From positions 96,001 to 160,000 of IMG/VR virus record IMGVR_UViG_3300035696_000005: 64,000 nt of DNA; one strand, 5' to 3'. This DNA is from a virus. Of this stretch, positions 8,279 to 17,556 are shown one piece after another. Every line of letters begins with the position of its first letter. The stretch's first letter is position 1. Below the pieces are notes generated by a model. It saw only the letters and a list, made by a program, of their open reading frames with translations. It did not search any database and was not told the DNA's origin. The position numbers and the translations under genes were made by a program.

Positions 8279-8976
8279 CGAGGGGCTCCGGAAGTCAGTC
8301 CCTGAACAAACAGATCCATCACGTTGCGTCTCTGCGAGGGTGGAACGGGGAAGTGATCAAGAGCATTCTGAAATGCCGTAGCAACCGCTTCAGGACTGAG
8401 CCCAGGCGTTCTTGGGATTGTCGTTGGACCGCCTAGCGCACCGGTGACACGTGCCGCGAACTCCACCGCAGAAGTAGGTTCTCTAAAGAAGACTCTTTGT
8501 TCTTCGCTGCTGATACCCCACTCTTCGCGCTCATCGTTCCAGTAAGGTCCGCGATATTCTCTCTCCAACTTCTCAACCCAGTTGGCTGAATGACGTATCA
8601 AGGCCGACATACCCCCGCTAAAGCCACGGGAAAAGACAAGCGAGCCTCTCATTAGCTCTGGAAATGAGACACGGTTAACAATGTCGTAAATCTTTACGAC
8701 CATCATGTCAGCCGTTCCCATGACAATCTGCCTTTCGGCAATAATGTGGTTTTTGAAAATCAGTTCGGTAAACATATTCACCTCCGTAGCGGGTAATATT
8801 TGTCGAGCAACACTTTCGCCGAGCATATCCGGAAACATCAGCTCGTACATATCTCGGATATTAAACCCAGTAGTCGACTCAAACGGCTTTAAGAAAATAT
8901 CATCGAGAATAAGGTCTAGACCTTCAAGTCTTCTTCCACGCGATGAATTGGTCATCCTTAATGCTCCATTGGGCAA
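8275..8976 (-). CDS. Hypothetical protein downstream of E1
   Basis: 233-aa ORF overlapping E1 end; start uncertain. Confidence 0.6.
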   Translation of the reverse strand: MPNGALRMTNSSRGRRLEGLDLILDDIFLKPFESTTGFNIRDMYELMFPDMLGESVARQILPATEVNMFTELIFKNHIIAERQIVMGTADMMVVKIYDIVNRVSFPELMRGSLVFSRGFSGGMSALIRHSANWVEKLEREYRGPYWNDEREEWGISSEEQRVFFREPTSAVEFAARVTGALGGPTTIPRTPGLSPEAVATAFQNALDHFPVPPSQRRNVMDLFVQGLTSGAPR

Positions 8977-9598
8977 GCCTGAGATACTTCCCAGGACTTG
9001 TCACAAGATCTTTGACTGCCTTAGCTACCAGCCCAGACAGCATATTTGCGGTGTAAATTGTAGCTTTTGCCGTGCATCTCTCTTGGACCGCTGAATCGTC
9101 CGTATAGAGGGTCTTCTCATAACTCTCGATATCCCTCTCATCCATCGGGCTCATGACGTAAAGCAGTGCCGTCTCAGCCCCCATCCTAGGATCGATGATT
9201 GCCTTTGTGAACGGAGCCTGATTTTTGTGGTTCATCCAGATGCGCTTACGCACTTCCATTGAATCCACAGCCGAGATCACAATGCCTGGGAATGTGCCGC
9301 GCTCATAACGTTCATCGCGTGCAGCGATCTCAGTCTTGGTGAAATCAGCCACAAGCTTCTGAAGAGCAGTGACCTTCTTTGTTCCGATGTCGCTATAGCG
9401 ATAAAATTGGCTATTCATGTTCTCTTCTTCGATCTTATCGAAGTCGATAATAGTAATATCGCCGAAACCCATCTTAGCCAAAGCGAGAGCGGTGAATGAG
9501 CCAATGGCCCCTGCCCCAATGATCGTGATCTTTTCTCCTAACACTTCGAGGGGAATCAAATCCAACTGACGCGTCAAATTGACATTCTTAAGTTCCAT
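8924..9598 (-). CDS. ThiF/E1-like adenylating enzyme
   Basis: GAGAIGS, DFDKIEEEN, SQFY, K, VDS, IDPRMG; candidate catalytic Cys in ERCTAKAT; SD GGAGG before ATG 9598. Confidence 0.92.
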   Translation of the reverse strand: MELKNVNLTRQLDLIPLEVLGEKITIIGAGAIGSFTALALAKMGFGDITIIDFDKIEEENMNSQFYRYSDIGTKKVTALQKLVADFTKTEIAARDERYERGTFPGIVISAVDSMEVRKRIWMNHKNQAPFTKAIIDPRMGAETALLYVMSPMDERDIESYEKTLYTDDSAVQERCTAKATIYTANMLSGLVAKAVKDLVTSPGKYLRLAQWSIKDDQFIAWKKT

Positions 9599-9737
9599 AT
9601 TTCCTCCATAAAACCATTCTGTTGTGCAGATGTCTCCACAGAGCATGTCTCCTACGGACCAAATGACTGAGCCGCAATTTTTGCAATGCTCCTTCAAATG
9701 AATCCGTAGGAGAAATCTATCGAGTCTGCCGAGCTTC

Positions 9738-10514
9738 TTACCAACCACCCGAGTGGCCGTTTCTCATCGGCGGCCCTGCCTTGGGCGCGCCGATTGTTCG
9801 TCGTTCCTCCAAATACTCCTGAATTTCTTCAGGAGTCATGGGTGGAATCCGATCCTCGATCCCTGGACCATCATCCTCAACGGTGCGGCTTGGGTGGTGC
9901 GGAAGGAGAGGAAGCTGCCCACCTTCCCCACTTCTGAAGTCGCTTGAGCTTCTTCCGCTCTCGCTTGGATAGCGACTTTCCGACTTTCCCCAGGTGTAAG
10001 TCCTCATGAGATTAGTCACATTCTTCTCATAATCATCATCCCATTTCTTGACCGCTTCAGGATCAAGATACTGGATTTGCTGAGTAGGAATGTTATCGAT
10101 GAATCCCAAAGGAAGTGGGCTTACCATGCTCAATGCAGAGCGCATTTCATGCCTCTTATTGAATACGGTGGAAACAAACCAACCCCCTTGAGTGATCTTA
10201 TCGATTGTGTCGCGATCCGTTCCACTCCAGAAGACATCCATGTTGACGTGGCTATGCCACCACCAACGAAGATCTCCGGGAGTATCCTTAAGAAGGAACA
10301 TCGCCTTACCAACATCAGCACCCTCGATGTCGGTATGCGCTGAACCGTTCTTTTGAGGAAGAAGAATCGCATCGATCACCGTGATCCTTCCGTCCTTGTA
10401 GGTGATCTTACCGAGACCGGAAACTTCATAGCTCGACTTGTTCACCCAGTGCATGATCTTATGGTAGACCATGCTCTCAATCATAATGTGCGTTCCAACT
10501 ACTTCATTTGCCAT
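9738..10514 (-). CDS. JAB/MPN+ metalloprotease
   Basis: YEVSG Glu plus complete JAMM motif H-S-H-x7-S-x2-D (HSHVNMDVFWSGTD). Confidence 0.92.
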   Translation of the reverse strand: MANEVVGTHIMIESMVYHKIMHWVNKSSYEVSGLGKITYKDGRITVIDAILLPQKNGSAHTDIEGADVGKAMFLLKDTPGDLRWWWHSHVNMDVFWSGTDRDTIDKITQGGWFVSTVFNKRHEMRSALSMVSPLPLGFIDNIPTQQIQYLDPEAVKKWDDDYEKNVTNLMRTYTWGKSESRYPSESGRSSSDFRSGEGGQLPLLPHHPSRTVEDDGPGIEDRIPPMTPEEIQEYLEERRTIGAPKAGPPMRNGHSGGW

Positions 10515-10529
10515 GAATGATTCCTTTCA

Positions 10530-11885
10530 TTAATCACGGTTGTCTTCACGACGTTCAGGTGCTGCGCTCATAAACGCCTCTACGTTAGCAGAGGGTGTTA
10601 GAGGAGGATTCAGGTTCGGTCCAACAAAGATTGGATTAAGAGCTCCCCTGAGCCTACTAAATTCCTCCTGTCTACGAGCTGACTCACGAGACACCCTGCA
10701 GATATCGCACTCACACCCATCCATTGCGGGTTGAGTTGAATCTGTCGGGTGACCTGGCGGAGGTGTTACCCTATCCAATGAGATTCCCCTAAGAGCCTGA
10801 AGGAGGGCTTCGTTTTCGGAGAATGACCCGATCGATACCTCTACGGGACTGGTAAGACCCTCTAGAATACTAATCCCAGGATGCCTCGCGTAACCCATTA
10901 CTGGCGGTGCCGGACGAACTTCCGTTGCAGCAGCAGCCGCACGAGCTCTCCCGGCCTCCATCTCAGGGGGAAGGGGCGGCGGAGCATCTTTAGGAGGTGC
11001 GTCTCTCTCTGCCTTTTTCTGAAATTCAGCCAATGATCTGTAGGGGTTTCCATCGTTATAGTTCGTTAGAACGCTAGCGAGGAGCCTCAGAACATCGGCA
11101 ATTTCTCCTTTCGGTAGTTTTTGAGCCACAGTAGTTGCGGCAGTTCCCCAACAGATGTTTCCGGAAGGGTTAATGTGTGGGTGATAGTAGCCTCCCTCAA
11201 GTTCGATGTTCCCTTCATACTTAAGAACGCTTACCGTCATAGCACGAAGATTGATGATTGCGCGAACCTTCCCAAAGTTCACGCGAAGATCAATGCTTGC
11301 AGCCGCGTTCCGTTGTGTTAGAAGAATATCGTTCCTGGTAGTGAGTTCCAGATTCTCACCTGTCAGCTGGTGAAAATCCCAGAAGTTCTCCTGAAGAATC
11401 TGGGCAATCTGACCCGAAGCCGTTGATTCGCGACGCTCCAAAGCCATGATGTTTACTTCAACCCTGTGGGCTTCCGTAAGGTCGGCGTTGGCTCGCTCGA
11501 ACGAACGAATCGCGTTTGAGATATAGGAATCTCTGTTCTTCCTAAGATTCAAGATCTCCCGATCAGTCTGAGTTCTGGTCAGCGCGTCGATTTGATCACT
11601 GATCCGCTGCTCTAGAGCAAAGACCTGAGCCGGGGTCTTAGTCTTGATTTCCTCAACCTTCGCAAAAAATCTTTTGTTGATCTCCGTCTTATCGGTAATG
11701 AGTTCATTGCCCTTACCAGCACCAAAGACCTGAAGAAGATCCCAGGGCTCCATTTTGGTGCCAGTCTGGTTGGCAAGAAGCTCGATGTATTGAACTGCCA
11801 GGATGTGTGCCTTTTGCTTTTCGGCACCCATCCTGGAGAACGGCTTATAGCCTGAACGAATAACTTCACGTAGATTCATGACCAT
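10530..11885 (-). CDS. Coiled-coil + prokaryotic E2-like protein
   Basis: YHPHINPSGNICWG matches the E2 HPx(I)xxxGxIC signature with catalytic Cys; N-terminal heptad-like region. Confidence 0.85.
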   Translation of the reverse strand: MVMNLREVIRSGYKPFSRMGAEKQKAHILAVQYIELLANQTGTKMEPWDLLQVFGAGKGNELITDKTEINKRFFAKVEEIKTKTPAQVFALEQRISDQIDALTRTQTDREILNLRKNRDSYISNAIRSFERANADLTEAHRVEVNIMALERRESTASGQIAQILQENFWDFHQLTGENLELTTRNDILLTQRNAAASIDLRVNFGKVRAIINLRAMTVSVLKYEGNIELEGGYYHPHINPSGNICWGTAATTVAQKLPKGEIADVLRLLASVLTNYNDGNPYRSLAEFQKKAERDAPPKDAPPPLPPEMEAGRARAAAAATEVRPAPPVMGYARHPGISILEGLTSPVEVSIGSFSENEALLQALRGISLDRVTPPPGHPTDSTQPAMDGCECDICRVSRESARRQEEFSRLRGALNPIFVGPNLNPPLTPSANVEAFMSAAPERREDNRD

Positions 11886-12343
11886 CTCCCCACTTTCTCG
11901 GCATAGTATTCATCGCCATTACTGTCGAAGTAAGTTAGTTCCAAGGAGTCAGGAGCTCTTGGAATATCGTACCCACCGTAGTTGCAGTGCCCAAGGTCAA
12001 GCAAATAGTCCCTAGCAGCGTCCGTCATCGCCTTTAGATCTTTTTGCTCTTCCTCGGAAATATTAAACTTTTTAGCCACTGCTGCCACTAGAACTGGGTT
12101 ATTAGCAAACTTTTTGGCAGTATCATCCAACAGCTCGTCGCAGTCATCGCCACCAAGACCACGGCTGGCAACCTTAATTTGCTCCCTGTAAAGCTTCATC
12201 AGCTCTTCGATCTCGCCCTCATACTTATCCGAATATACAAGGCCGGTCTTGTATCCGTCCGCATCACCCTCCATGAAGGTAATGGCAAGACGATACTGAT
12301 TTTTTCGGCAAGCCTGCTTAAGTTTTAATTTAGAAACGTCCAT
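11876..12343 (-). CDS. Hypothetical protein within the Ubl operon
   Basis: 155-aa ORF between Ubl and E2, overlapping E2 start. Confidence 0.65.
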   Translation of the reverse strand: MDVSKLKLKQACRKNQYRLAITFMEGDADGYKTGLVYSDKYEGEIEELMKLYREQIKVASRGLGGDDCDELLDDTAKKFANNPVLVAAVAKKFNISEEEQKDLKAMTDAARDYLLDLGHCNYGGYDIPRAPDSLELTYFDSNGDEYYAEKVGRWS

Positions 12344-12355
12344 GCACGCGCCCCC

Positions 12356-12392
12356 TAAAAAATAAAAGGGACGCCTGAAACCAGGCGTCCCT
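12356..12392 (-). terminator. Intrinsic terminator directly after Ubl
   Basis: AGGGACGCCTG/CAGGCGTCCCT 11-bp stem + U-tract. Confidence 0.75.
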
Positions 12393-12411
12393 CAATTCCC
12401 TTCGACCTAAA

Positions 12412-12612
12412 TTAGATCTTGCCGCCCTTGACTGCCGGGCTCAGCGAGACGAATTCGAAGTCAGACAGCTGGTAGCTATCTTCAGCCGGTTCGCCGTTGA
12501 CGGTGGCGGTGTGGGTCGCTACACCGAGGCGAGACTTAACCTGGCCTACGGTCCCGCAATCATCGAGAACCTTCGGGTCGCCGCCCAGGACTTGTGCAGT
12601 TACTTTTGCCAT
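12412..12612 (-). CDS. Ubiquitin-like protein (ThiS/MoaD-like beta-grasp)
   Basis: 66 aa, TVNGEP, ends AVKGG-KI; SD AAGGAG. Confidence 0.88.
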   Translation of the reverse strand: MAKVTAQVLGGDPKVLDDCGTVGQVKSRLGVATHTATVNGEPAEDSYQLSDFEFVSLSPAVKGGKI

Positions 12613-12700
12613 TTTGTTTCTCCTTCTTTCTTGTACAAGTTACAACGAGAGATCTATCCCTCGCACCAGTCTTATATCTCACACTAGGAAGAATTTGCCT

Positions 12701-12737
12701 AGCTAAAAAAAGACCCCGCTAAGTACGCGGGGTCTTT
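12701..12737 (-). terminator. Intrinsic terminator with TTTTTTAGCT tail
   Basis: AAAGACCCCGC/GCGGGGTCTTT stem. Confidence 0.75.
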
Positions 12738-12739
12738 GA

Positions 12740-13102
12740 CTAAAGCTCCTCCCAGTGTTTCTCGATGATGTCAGCGATTTCGTTGAAAGTATGCCCCTCA
12801 TCATTTAGCCTGGTGAGAACAAAACGATTGTTTCCTTCCGTGAACTCCCCGTAACTACTCTTAAGATCACACTGTTTCATATGATCTGGTGCTAGGACAC
12901 CAAATGGATTAGTGACACCAGGTCCTTCGTGCGCATATTTGTAAGCATCCGTGCCTTTGTCCATCGGCTTAATTCCGTTGATATCCAAGAGAACCCCCAG
13001 ACAACAGAACTTTCCGTCAAGACTTTGCAGAAAAGATTTTCCCTGTTCGTATTTCTTAGAGCGAAGGGCTGTGACCCACTTATCTGCGTTTTCTTTTTTC
13101 AC
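12740..13102 (-). CDS. Conserved phage hypothetical (paralogue 2)
   Basis: ADKWVTALRS..YEQG...FCCLGVLLDING...LTRLNDEG.TFNEIADIIEKHWEEL. Confidence 0.7.
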   Translation of the reverse strand: MKKENADKWVTALRSKKYEQGKSFLQSLDGKFCCLGVLLDINGIKPMDKGTDAYKYAHEGPGVTNPFGVLAPDHMKQCDLKSSYGEFTEGNNRFVLTRLNDEGHTFNEIADIIEKHWEEL

Positions 13103-13449
13103 AGAGCCTCCCAATGCTTCTCGATGATATCGGCAATTTGGTTGAAGGTCTTCCCGCTGTCGTTCAGTCTGGTAAGGAAGGTCGCCTCCCCATCATCTCC
13201 GACAAATTCCCCGTGTGCGCTTCTAATGCCACACTTTTTACGAATATCTAGGTCTACGATTGCCCCGTATGAGTTATCCCCAAATGTGTTTCTGGCATCT
13301 TGTGTCTTCTTGGATTTAAACCCGTTAATATCAAGAAGAACCCCAAGGCAGCAGAACTCGCCTTTGCCGTTCTTCAGTTCTCCGGTACCTTGCTTATAGT
13401 TGCCGCTCCGAAGAGCGGCAACCCACTTATCAGCAACTTCCTTATTCAT
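13099..13449 (-). CDS. Conserved phage hypothetical (paralogue 1)
   Basis: ADKWVAALRSGNYKQG...FCCLGVLLDING...LTRLNDSGKTFNQIADIIEKHWEAL. Confidence 0.7.
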   Translation of the reverse strand: MNKEVADKWVAALRSGNYKQGTGELKNGKGEFCCLGVLLDINGFKSKKTQDARNTFGDNSYGAIVDLDIRKKCGIRSAHGEFVGDDGEATFLTRLNDSGKTFNQIADIIEKHWEAL

Positions 13450-13801
13450 CGATCTCGTCCTCCAAAGAAATCCTAAGCTCCCTGTGTCCGTTGGGCATCT
13501 TGAAGTGGTGGGTGCTATCCCAATATTCGAACCACCAGCAATACTTCACGCCCTCAAATGTCACCGCCCCAAACTCCCGCTTGGGTCCTTGAGCGTGAGG
13601 AGTATGCCTGATCAGATCAAGAAGCTTATTGTACCTGTCTGTACTGTCGTTCAGAAGTTCTGCGACCCCATCCGACAGTGTGATTCGCCTTAAATACTTA
13701 GGACCAAATTCCGTATGCACCATCGGCCCAGGGTTAAGCCCCCTTCTGATGATGTCGTTAATGTCTGCAATATTCTCATCCTTCGCAAGAGGTGCTGGCA
13801 T
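13442..13801 (-). CDS. DUF3768-like protein
   Basis: REFGAVTFEGVKYCWWFEYWD resembles the HDFG...FWKIDYYD motif. Confidence 0.55.
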   Translation of the reverse strand: MPAPLAKDENIADINDIIRRGLNPGPMVHTEFGPKYLRRITLSDGVAELLNDSTDRYNKLLDLIRHTPHAQGPKREFGAVTFEGVKYCWWFEYWDSTHHFKMPNGHRELRISLEDEIDE

Positions 13802-13810
13802 AGATCTCCT

Positions 13811-14572
13811 TTAGTGAAAATCAAATAAAGTTTCTTTCCTAACCGTTGGAACAAGCTTGTCGTTATATTTGAAGATCCCTTTATGGACCTCAAACACAAA
13901 CAAAAGCATTGGAGTTGAACGAGCCTTACGAATCGAATCTTTGTAGTAAGTTCTGCTCTGTAAGACCAGGGTATGATCATGAGTCTGAGCCACACGGTTA
14001 AGTTCCCTTGGAATCCCGTAGTGCCTTGCAAACCCAAGCTCATCTTTCAACTCAACGCTCTTAACTGCTGACTTGTAGAAATCGGAGATAACGAGTGACC
14101 GCAGATACTCGCTGTTCTCATGGGTTTCCCTAGCAGCTAAGACAGTCAATGCAATAATCGGATTGCCGTTCTTAAAGGAAAGATGTCCATTCTCAAAGAT
14201 AAGGTCCAGTGAGTAAGGAACATCCGAACAATAAGGAGAGCAACGATCGAGCCAAATGAAATCAAGCTTATTCTGAGCAGGACGATCCCAGTAGTCCAGG
14301 TCATACATCCTCTCAAGCGTCAGCGGAAGCCCAAGCTTAGCCGCCTTATCCCAAGCCCTTGCATAAGTTTGCTTGTCTTTTTCAACTCCGAAAAACTCGA
14401 CTTTGCCCCGGTGATAGCGCATGAGGCGCGCTTCGAATTCAAGAACATCTGCAGGCAAAGTCCAGATGTTCAGGCTCGCTGTATCCCCGAACTGATCAAA
14501 AATCTTATCGGTCAGATCGCGGCGAGTTTGGTGTTTCAAAACAGAATCATGAAATTTTTGAGTGGTATTCAT
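13811..14572 (-). CDS. Hypothetical, possible SAM-dependent methyltransferase fold
   Basis: FFGVEKD and DFIWLDRC resemble Rossmann MTase strand ends; weak. Confidence 0.4.
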   Translation of the reverse strand: MNTTQKFHDSVLKHQTRRDLTDKIFDQFGDTASLNIWTLPADVLEFEARLMRYHRGKVEFFGVEKDKQTYARAWDKAAKLGLPLTLERMYDLDYWDRPAQNKLDFIWLDRCSPYCSDVPYSLDLIFENGHLSFKNGNPIIALTVLAARETHENSEYLRSLVISDFYKSAVKSVELKDELGFARHYGIPRELNRVAQTHDHTLVLQSRTYYKDSIRKARSTPMLLFVFEVHKGIFKYNDKLVPTVRKETLFDFH

Positions 14573-14639
14573 TGTGTTCCCCCGAACCTCTCATAACTGC
14601 TTTTCTTGAAAAGGGGAGAGGGAACATCTCCCCTCTCCC

Positions 14640-16382
14640 TTATGACTGGATGACTTGAAGCTCGGTAACGCTGTTATCCACTTTGGCGATGAGAACTTGA
14701 GCGCGAGGAAGCCTACTTGCGTATTCATCCATCAGCTCAACGTCATCAATGAAATAGAATTGTGGGGCTTTTGCAACGAGCCTTTGAAAGGTTTTGCAAA
14801 GCTCCAAGCCGATTTTCTTTCTTCTGCCACGGGATAAAGATGTGTACGGAACGAGCCTCTCATCCGTAACCAAGAATTCCTCGTCAACGAAACTGAACAA
14901 AACTCCAGGAGTTTTAAGCATCTCAAGCGTTTGCTTGACTTCAAGCTCAGGCATCTTAAGGAGGGCTGCCTCAAATTTCTTGAGTTCCTCCGTAAGCTTC
15001 AGCTTCTGCTCAATCGCCGTCTTGTACATCTTTTCACGGGCTACCAGTTGTTCTTTCTTTTGTTGAAAGAGCTGATGCGCGTGAAATTTTGCTCTGAGAT
15101 CCGAAAGCTTCGTTCTTAACGCCTGCTCGTCTCCTTCTGGCTTTGGCGGAGGGGTTGGCTTTCTAACTTCCTTGGGCTGAAGTGAGGTGAGCCTCTCCTG
15201 AAGAATTCTTCGTTTTGAGTCATTAACTGCCGATAACGTACGATGTGAGGAAATCTGCTGAAATAGTTCTCTAATACTGTTTTCGCAGATGCGTATCCGC
15301 TCAGATCGCCCCTGGTTACGGTCTTGGATTTCCCTCGCTTTTTGATTGTACTCATTGATTGCTTTCTCCCTTGCACGAGCCGCTGTTTCTCTGAGTTTTG
15401 GTGGAACCAGTTGCCCACACTTTGGACAGCTTCCCTCCGGCATCTCCGTAAAGGTCGGTGCAGGAGGAACAGTTTCCATCTCGCTTAAAAGACGAGTCTT
15501 CTCAGTCTCCAGGGAGCTATTCTGTGCCTCAAGATCAGTGACCCGAGTTTGAGACGTAGTTCCCAAAGACTTAAGTTCAGTCTCAATTTTCTTCTTTTCA
15601 CCATCAAGTTTAAGGTTGTCCTCATGATTCTCCCTGGCTTTGGTCATGGCAGTCTGGTATTTAGAAAGTTCCGATGTGTAAAGATCAAACAGGTCCACCT
15701 GTGCGGTGAGCTGTTCAATCTCAAGGCGTGCTCCATCCAGATCCATCGAGGCAAGATCGCCCTTGAAATCAGAAAGCTGCGTTTCAATCTGAGCTAAAGC
15801 CCCCTGATCCGCAGCCAACTGGTTCTGAGCAATCCGCCTCTCAGTTGCAATGACTTGGGCGTCAACTCTCAAGTTCTCAAATTTGATCTTAGGATGAAGA
15901 GTCATCCCAGAAACGAGAGAACTTAAAAGTGCCTTACGATCCACCTTGGCCACTTGACCAATAACCTCAAGCCTTTTTGCCTGAGACAATGTATCCATGA
16001 AGAAGCCTTCGTTATAACAACTTGCGAAGACTTCAAAAGAGATACCAAGCAGCGCCGTAAGCTCAGTTTGATTAAGCTTAATGGGTGGAACGCCGTTACG
16101 GATTAAGTTGACCGTAGCCGTCTGGCCTCGCCTTTTGATCCTTTCAAACGAGGCTTTGTCGGTAGTGATGATGACACCACCAACCTCTTCTCCAGTAGAG
16201 ATCAAATGATCCGGATTTTTGCTTCCTGCAGAATCAGTTCCAAAGAAGCCAAACGAGATCCCTTCGTTGATTGAGGTTTTACCAATCTCGTTCGGACCTT
16301 TAATGACATTCAGTCCTGGACCAAAGTGAACGGTCTTGTCACGATGGCCACGGAAATTCTTAAAAGTCATGGAAAGGATCAT
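14640..16382 (-). CDS. sbcC: SbcC/Rad50-like (gp46-type) SMC ATPase
   Basis: Walker A GPNEIGKT, coiled coil with CPKC zinc hook, LSRG signature, Walker B FIDDVE. Confidence 0.9.
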   Translation of the reverse strand: MILSMTFKNFRGHRDKTVHFGPGLNVIKGPNEIGKTSINEGISFGFFGTDSAGSKNPDHLISTGEEVGGVIITTDKASFERIKRRGQTATVNLIRNGVPPIKLNQTELTALLGISFEVFASCYNEGFFMDTLSQAKRLEVIGQVAKVDRKALLSSLVSGMTLHPKIKFENLRVDAQVIATERRIAQNQLAADQGALAQIETQLSDFKGDLASMDLDGARLEIEQLTAQVDLFDLYTSELSKYQTAMTKARENHEDNLKLDGEKKKIETELKSLGTTSQTRVTDLEAQNSSLETEKTRLLSEMETVPPAPTFTEMPEGSCPKCGQLVPPKLRETAARAREKAINEYNQKAREIQDRNQGRSERIRICENSIRELFQQISSHRTLSAVNDSKRRILQERLTSLQPKEVRKPTPPPKPEGDEQALRTKLSDLRAKFHAHQLFQQKKEQLVAREKMYKTAIEQKLKLTEELKKFEAALLKMPELEVKQTLEMLKTPGVLFSFVDEEFLVTDERLVPYTSLSRGRRKKIGLELCKTFQRLVAKAPQFYFIDDVELMDEYASRLPRAQVLIAKVDNSVTELQVIQS

Positions 16383-16396
16383 ATGGATCTCCTTAG

Positions 16397-16597
16397 TTAT
16401 TTTTGCAAGCGATCATGCAGCTTGCCTGCTATGTCACGCCAGCTTTCGGCTTCCTTCTCGGCATCAATAAGCTCACTACGAAGCGACTTGATCTCATCAA
16501 AAAGTTCCTCAGCCTCGGACGGATAAAGAACCCGATTGAGATCGAGACTTGTTTTAAGAAGCTCCTCCCGCTCCAGGGTGAGCCTGAGTTTCCTCAC
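16397..16597 (-). CDS. Hypothetical coiled-coil protein
   Basis: GGAGG SD, tiling. Confidence 0.6.
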   Translation of the reverse strand: MRKLRLTLEREELLKTSLDLNRVLYPSEAEELFDEIKSLRSELIDAEKEAESWRDIAGKLHDRLQK

Positions 16598-16938
16598 AGC
16601 ACATCCTCCGGATAAGCAGGAACACTTGACGCGAGATCAGCATTCTCGTTACAGCTTTCACAAGGAACCCACTGTCCGCTCGTCATGTCATTGTTGTTAT
16701 AGTGCCTTCCCGGATAATCCGAATTCTTACACTCCGGGCACTGATACTCCATGAAGACGTGATCATAGGCATCAAGAGCCACGATCTCGTCATCTTCTAC
16801 TGCGTCGATGACGAGTCCTTCATCTTCGACTTTAATTTGATATCGACACACTTCCGCTTCTGATGTGCCTTTGTTACGGAACACTTCAACGTGGATGTAT
16901 TCTTTATCGACTTTGATGGTTTTTGTGATGGTGGACAT
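16594..16938 (-). CDS. Zn-ribbon-containing hypothetical
   Basis: CPEC...CESC; SD GAGGAG. Confidence 0.65.
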   Translation of the reverse strand: MSTITKTIKVDKEYIHVEVFRNKGTSEAEVCRYQIKVEDEGLVIDAVEDDEIVALDAYDHVFMEYQCPECKNSDYPGRHYNNNDMTSGQWVPCESCNENADLASSVPAYPEDVL

Positions 16939-17047
16939 TGGATCTCCTCAACTCGAATGATACCCGAGATGTAATACGGATGGATGAAACAGATGTTTTT
17001 GTTGGTTGAACAAGCACTGAAAAAGAATAATGAAACCGTCAGCCACC

Positions 17048-17266
17048 TCATTCTTTCTTCTTCTCCTCTTCTAGCTCATTAGCCTCAATTCCGGCGACAA
17101 CGCAGCCACCAACAAATGTGGCCAGTGCCCCATAGAACCATCGGGTATCAATCTGGTTCTGAGTTGTATTGGGTTCAGAGATCCCAACCGACCACAGAAC
17201 ATTAACAGTTAGAATAAGCAAGCCCGAACCAAGTAAATAGAGAGCAGCCAGTTTAAAGTATTTCAT
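17048..17266 (-). CDS. Two-TM membrane protein
   Basis: Two hydrophobic segments; ATGA overlap. Confidence 0.6.
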   Translation of the reverse strand: MKYFKLAALYLLGSGLLILTVNVLWSVGISEPNTTQNQIDTRWFYGALATFVGGCVVAGIEANELEEEKKKE

Positions 17267-17556
17267 TCTTCTTCATCTCCTGAATAATCGTCGTTGTTAA
17301 TGAGCTCCCCGTCTTCATCAAAGTCGTGCTCTTCTGGTACGTAGTCCATCTTTCTCAGCTCACGCATAGCCTGAGGACCTGAGATAGACTTTGAAGACTG
17401 AAGACGCCCACTTAGAAAAGGATTGTTAATGCAGCAACCCACCCCGTCCTTGTGGAGATCCTGAACCATATAATTGATGTCGGTTTGGTCAAGTTTCTCG
17501 TTGACCGTAATCACTTCAAGAACGACGGTGTGCTTATAGAACTTGTTATGAGCCAT
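17263..17556 (-). CDS. Hypothetical protein
   Basis: SD AAGGAG; tiling. Confidence 0.6.
   Translation of the reverse strand: MAHNKFYKHTVVLEVITVNEKLDQTDINYMVQDLHKDGVGCCINNPFLSGRLQSSKSISGPQAMRELRKMDYVPEEHDFDEDGELINNDDYSGDEEE

Noticed and set aside
8924-12612. Thiamine or molybdopterin biosynthesis (ThiF-ThiS)
   Set aside because: An E2-like Cys protein and a JAB are present, while ThiG, ThiI, MoaE and a cysteine desulfurase are absent from the window.
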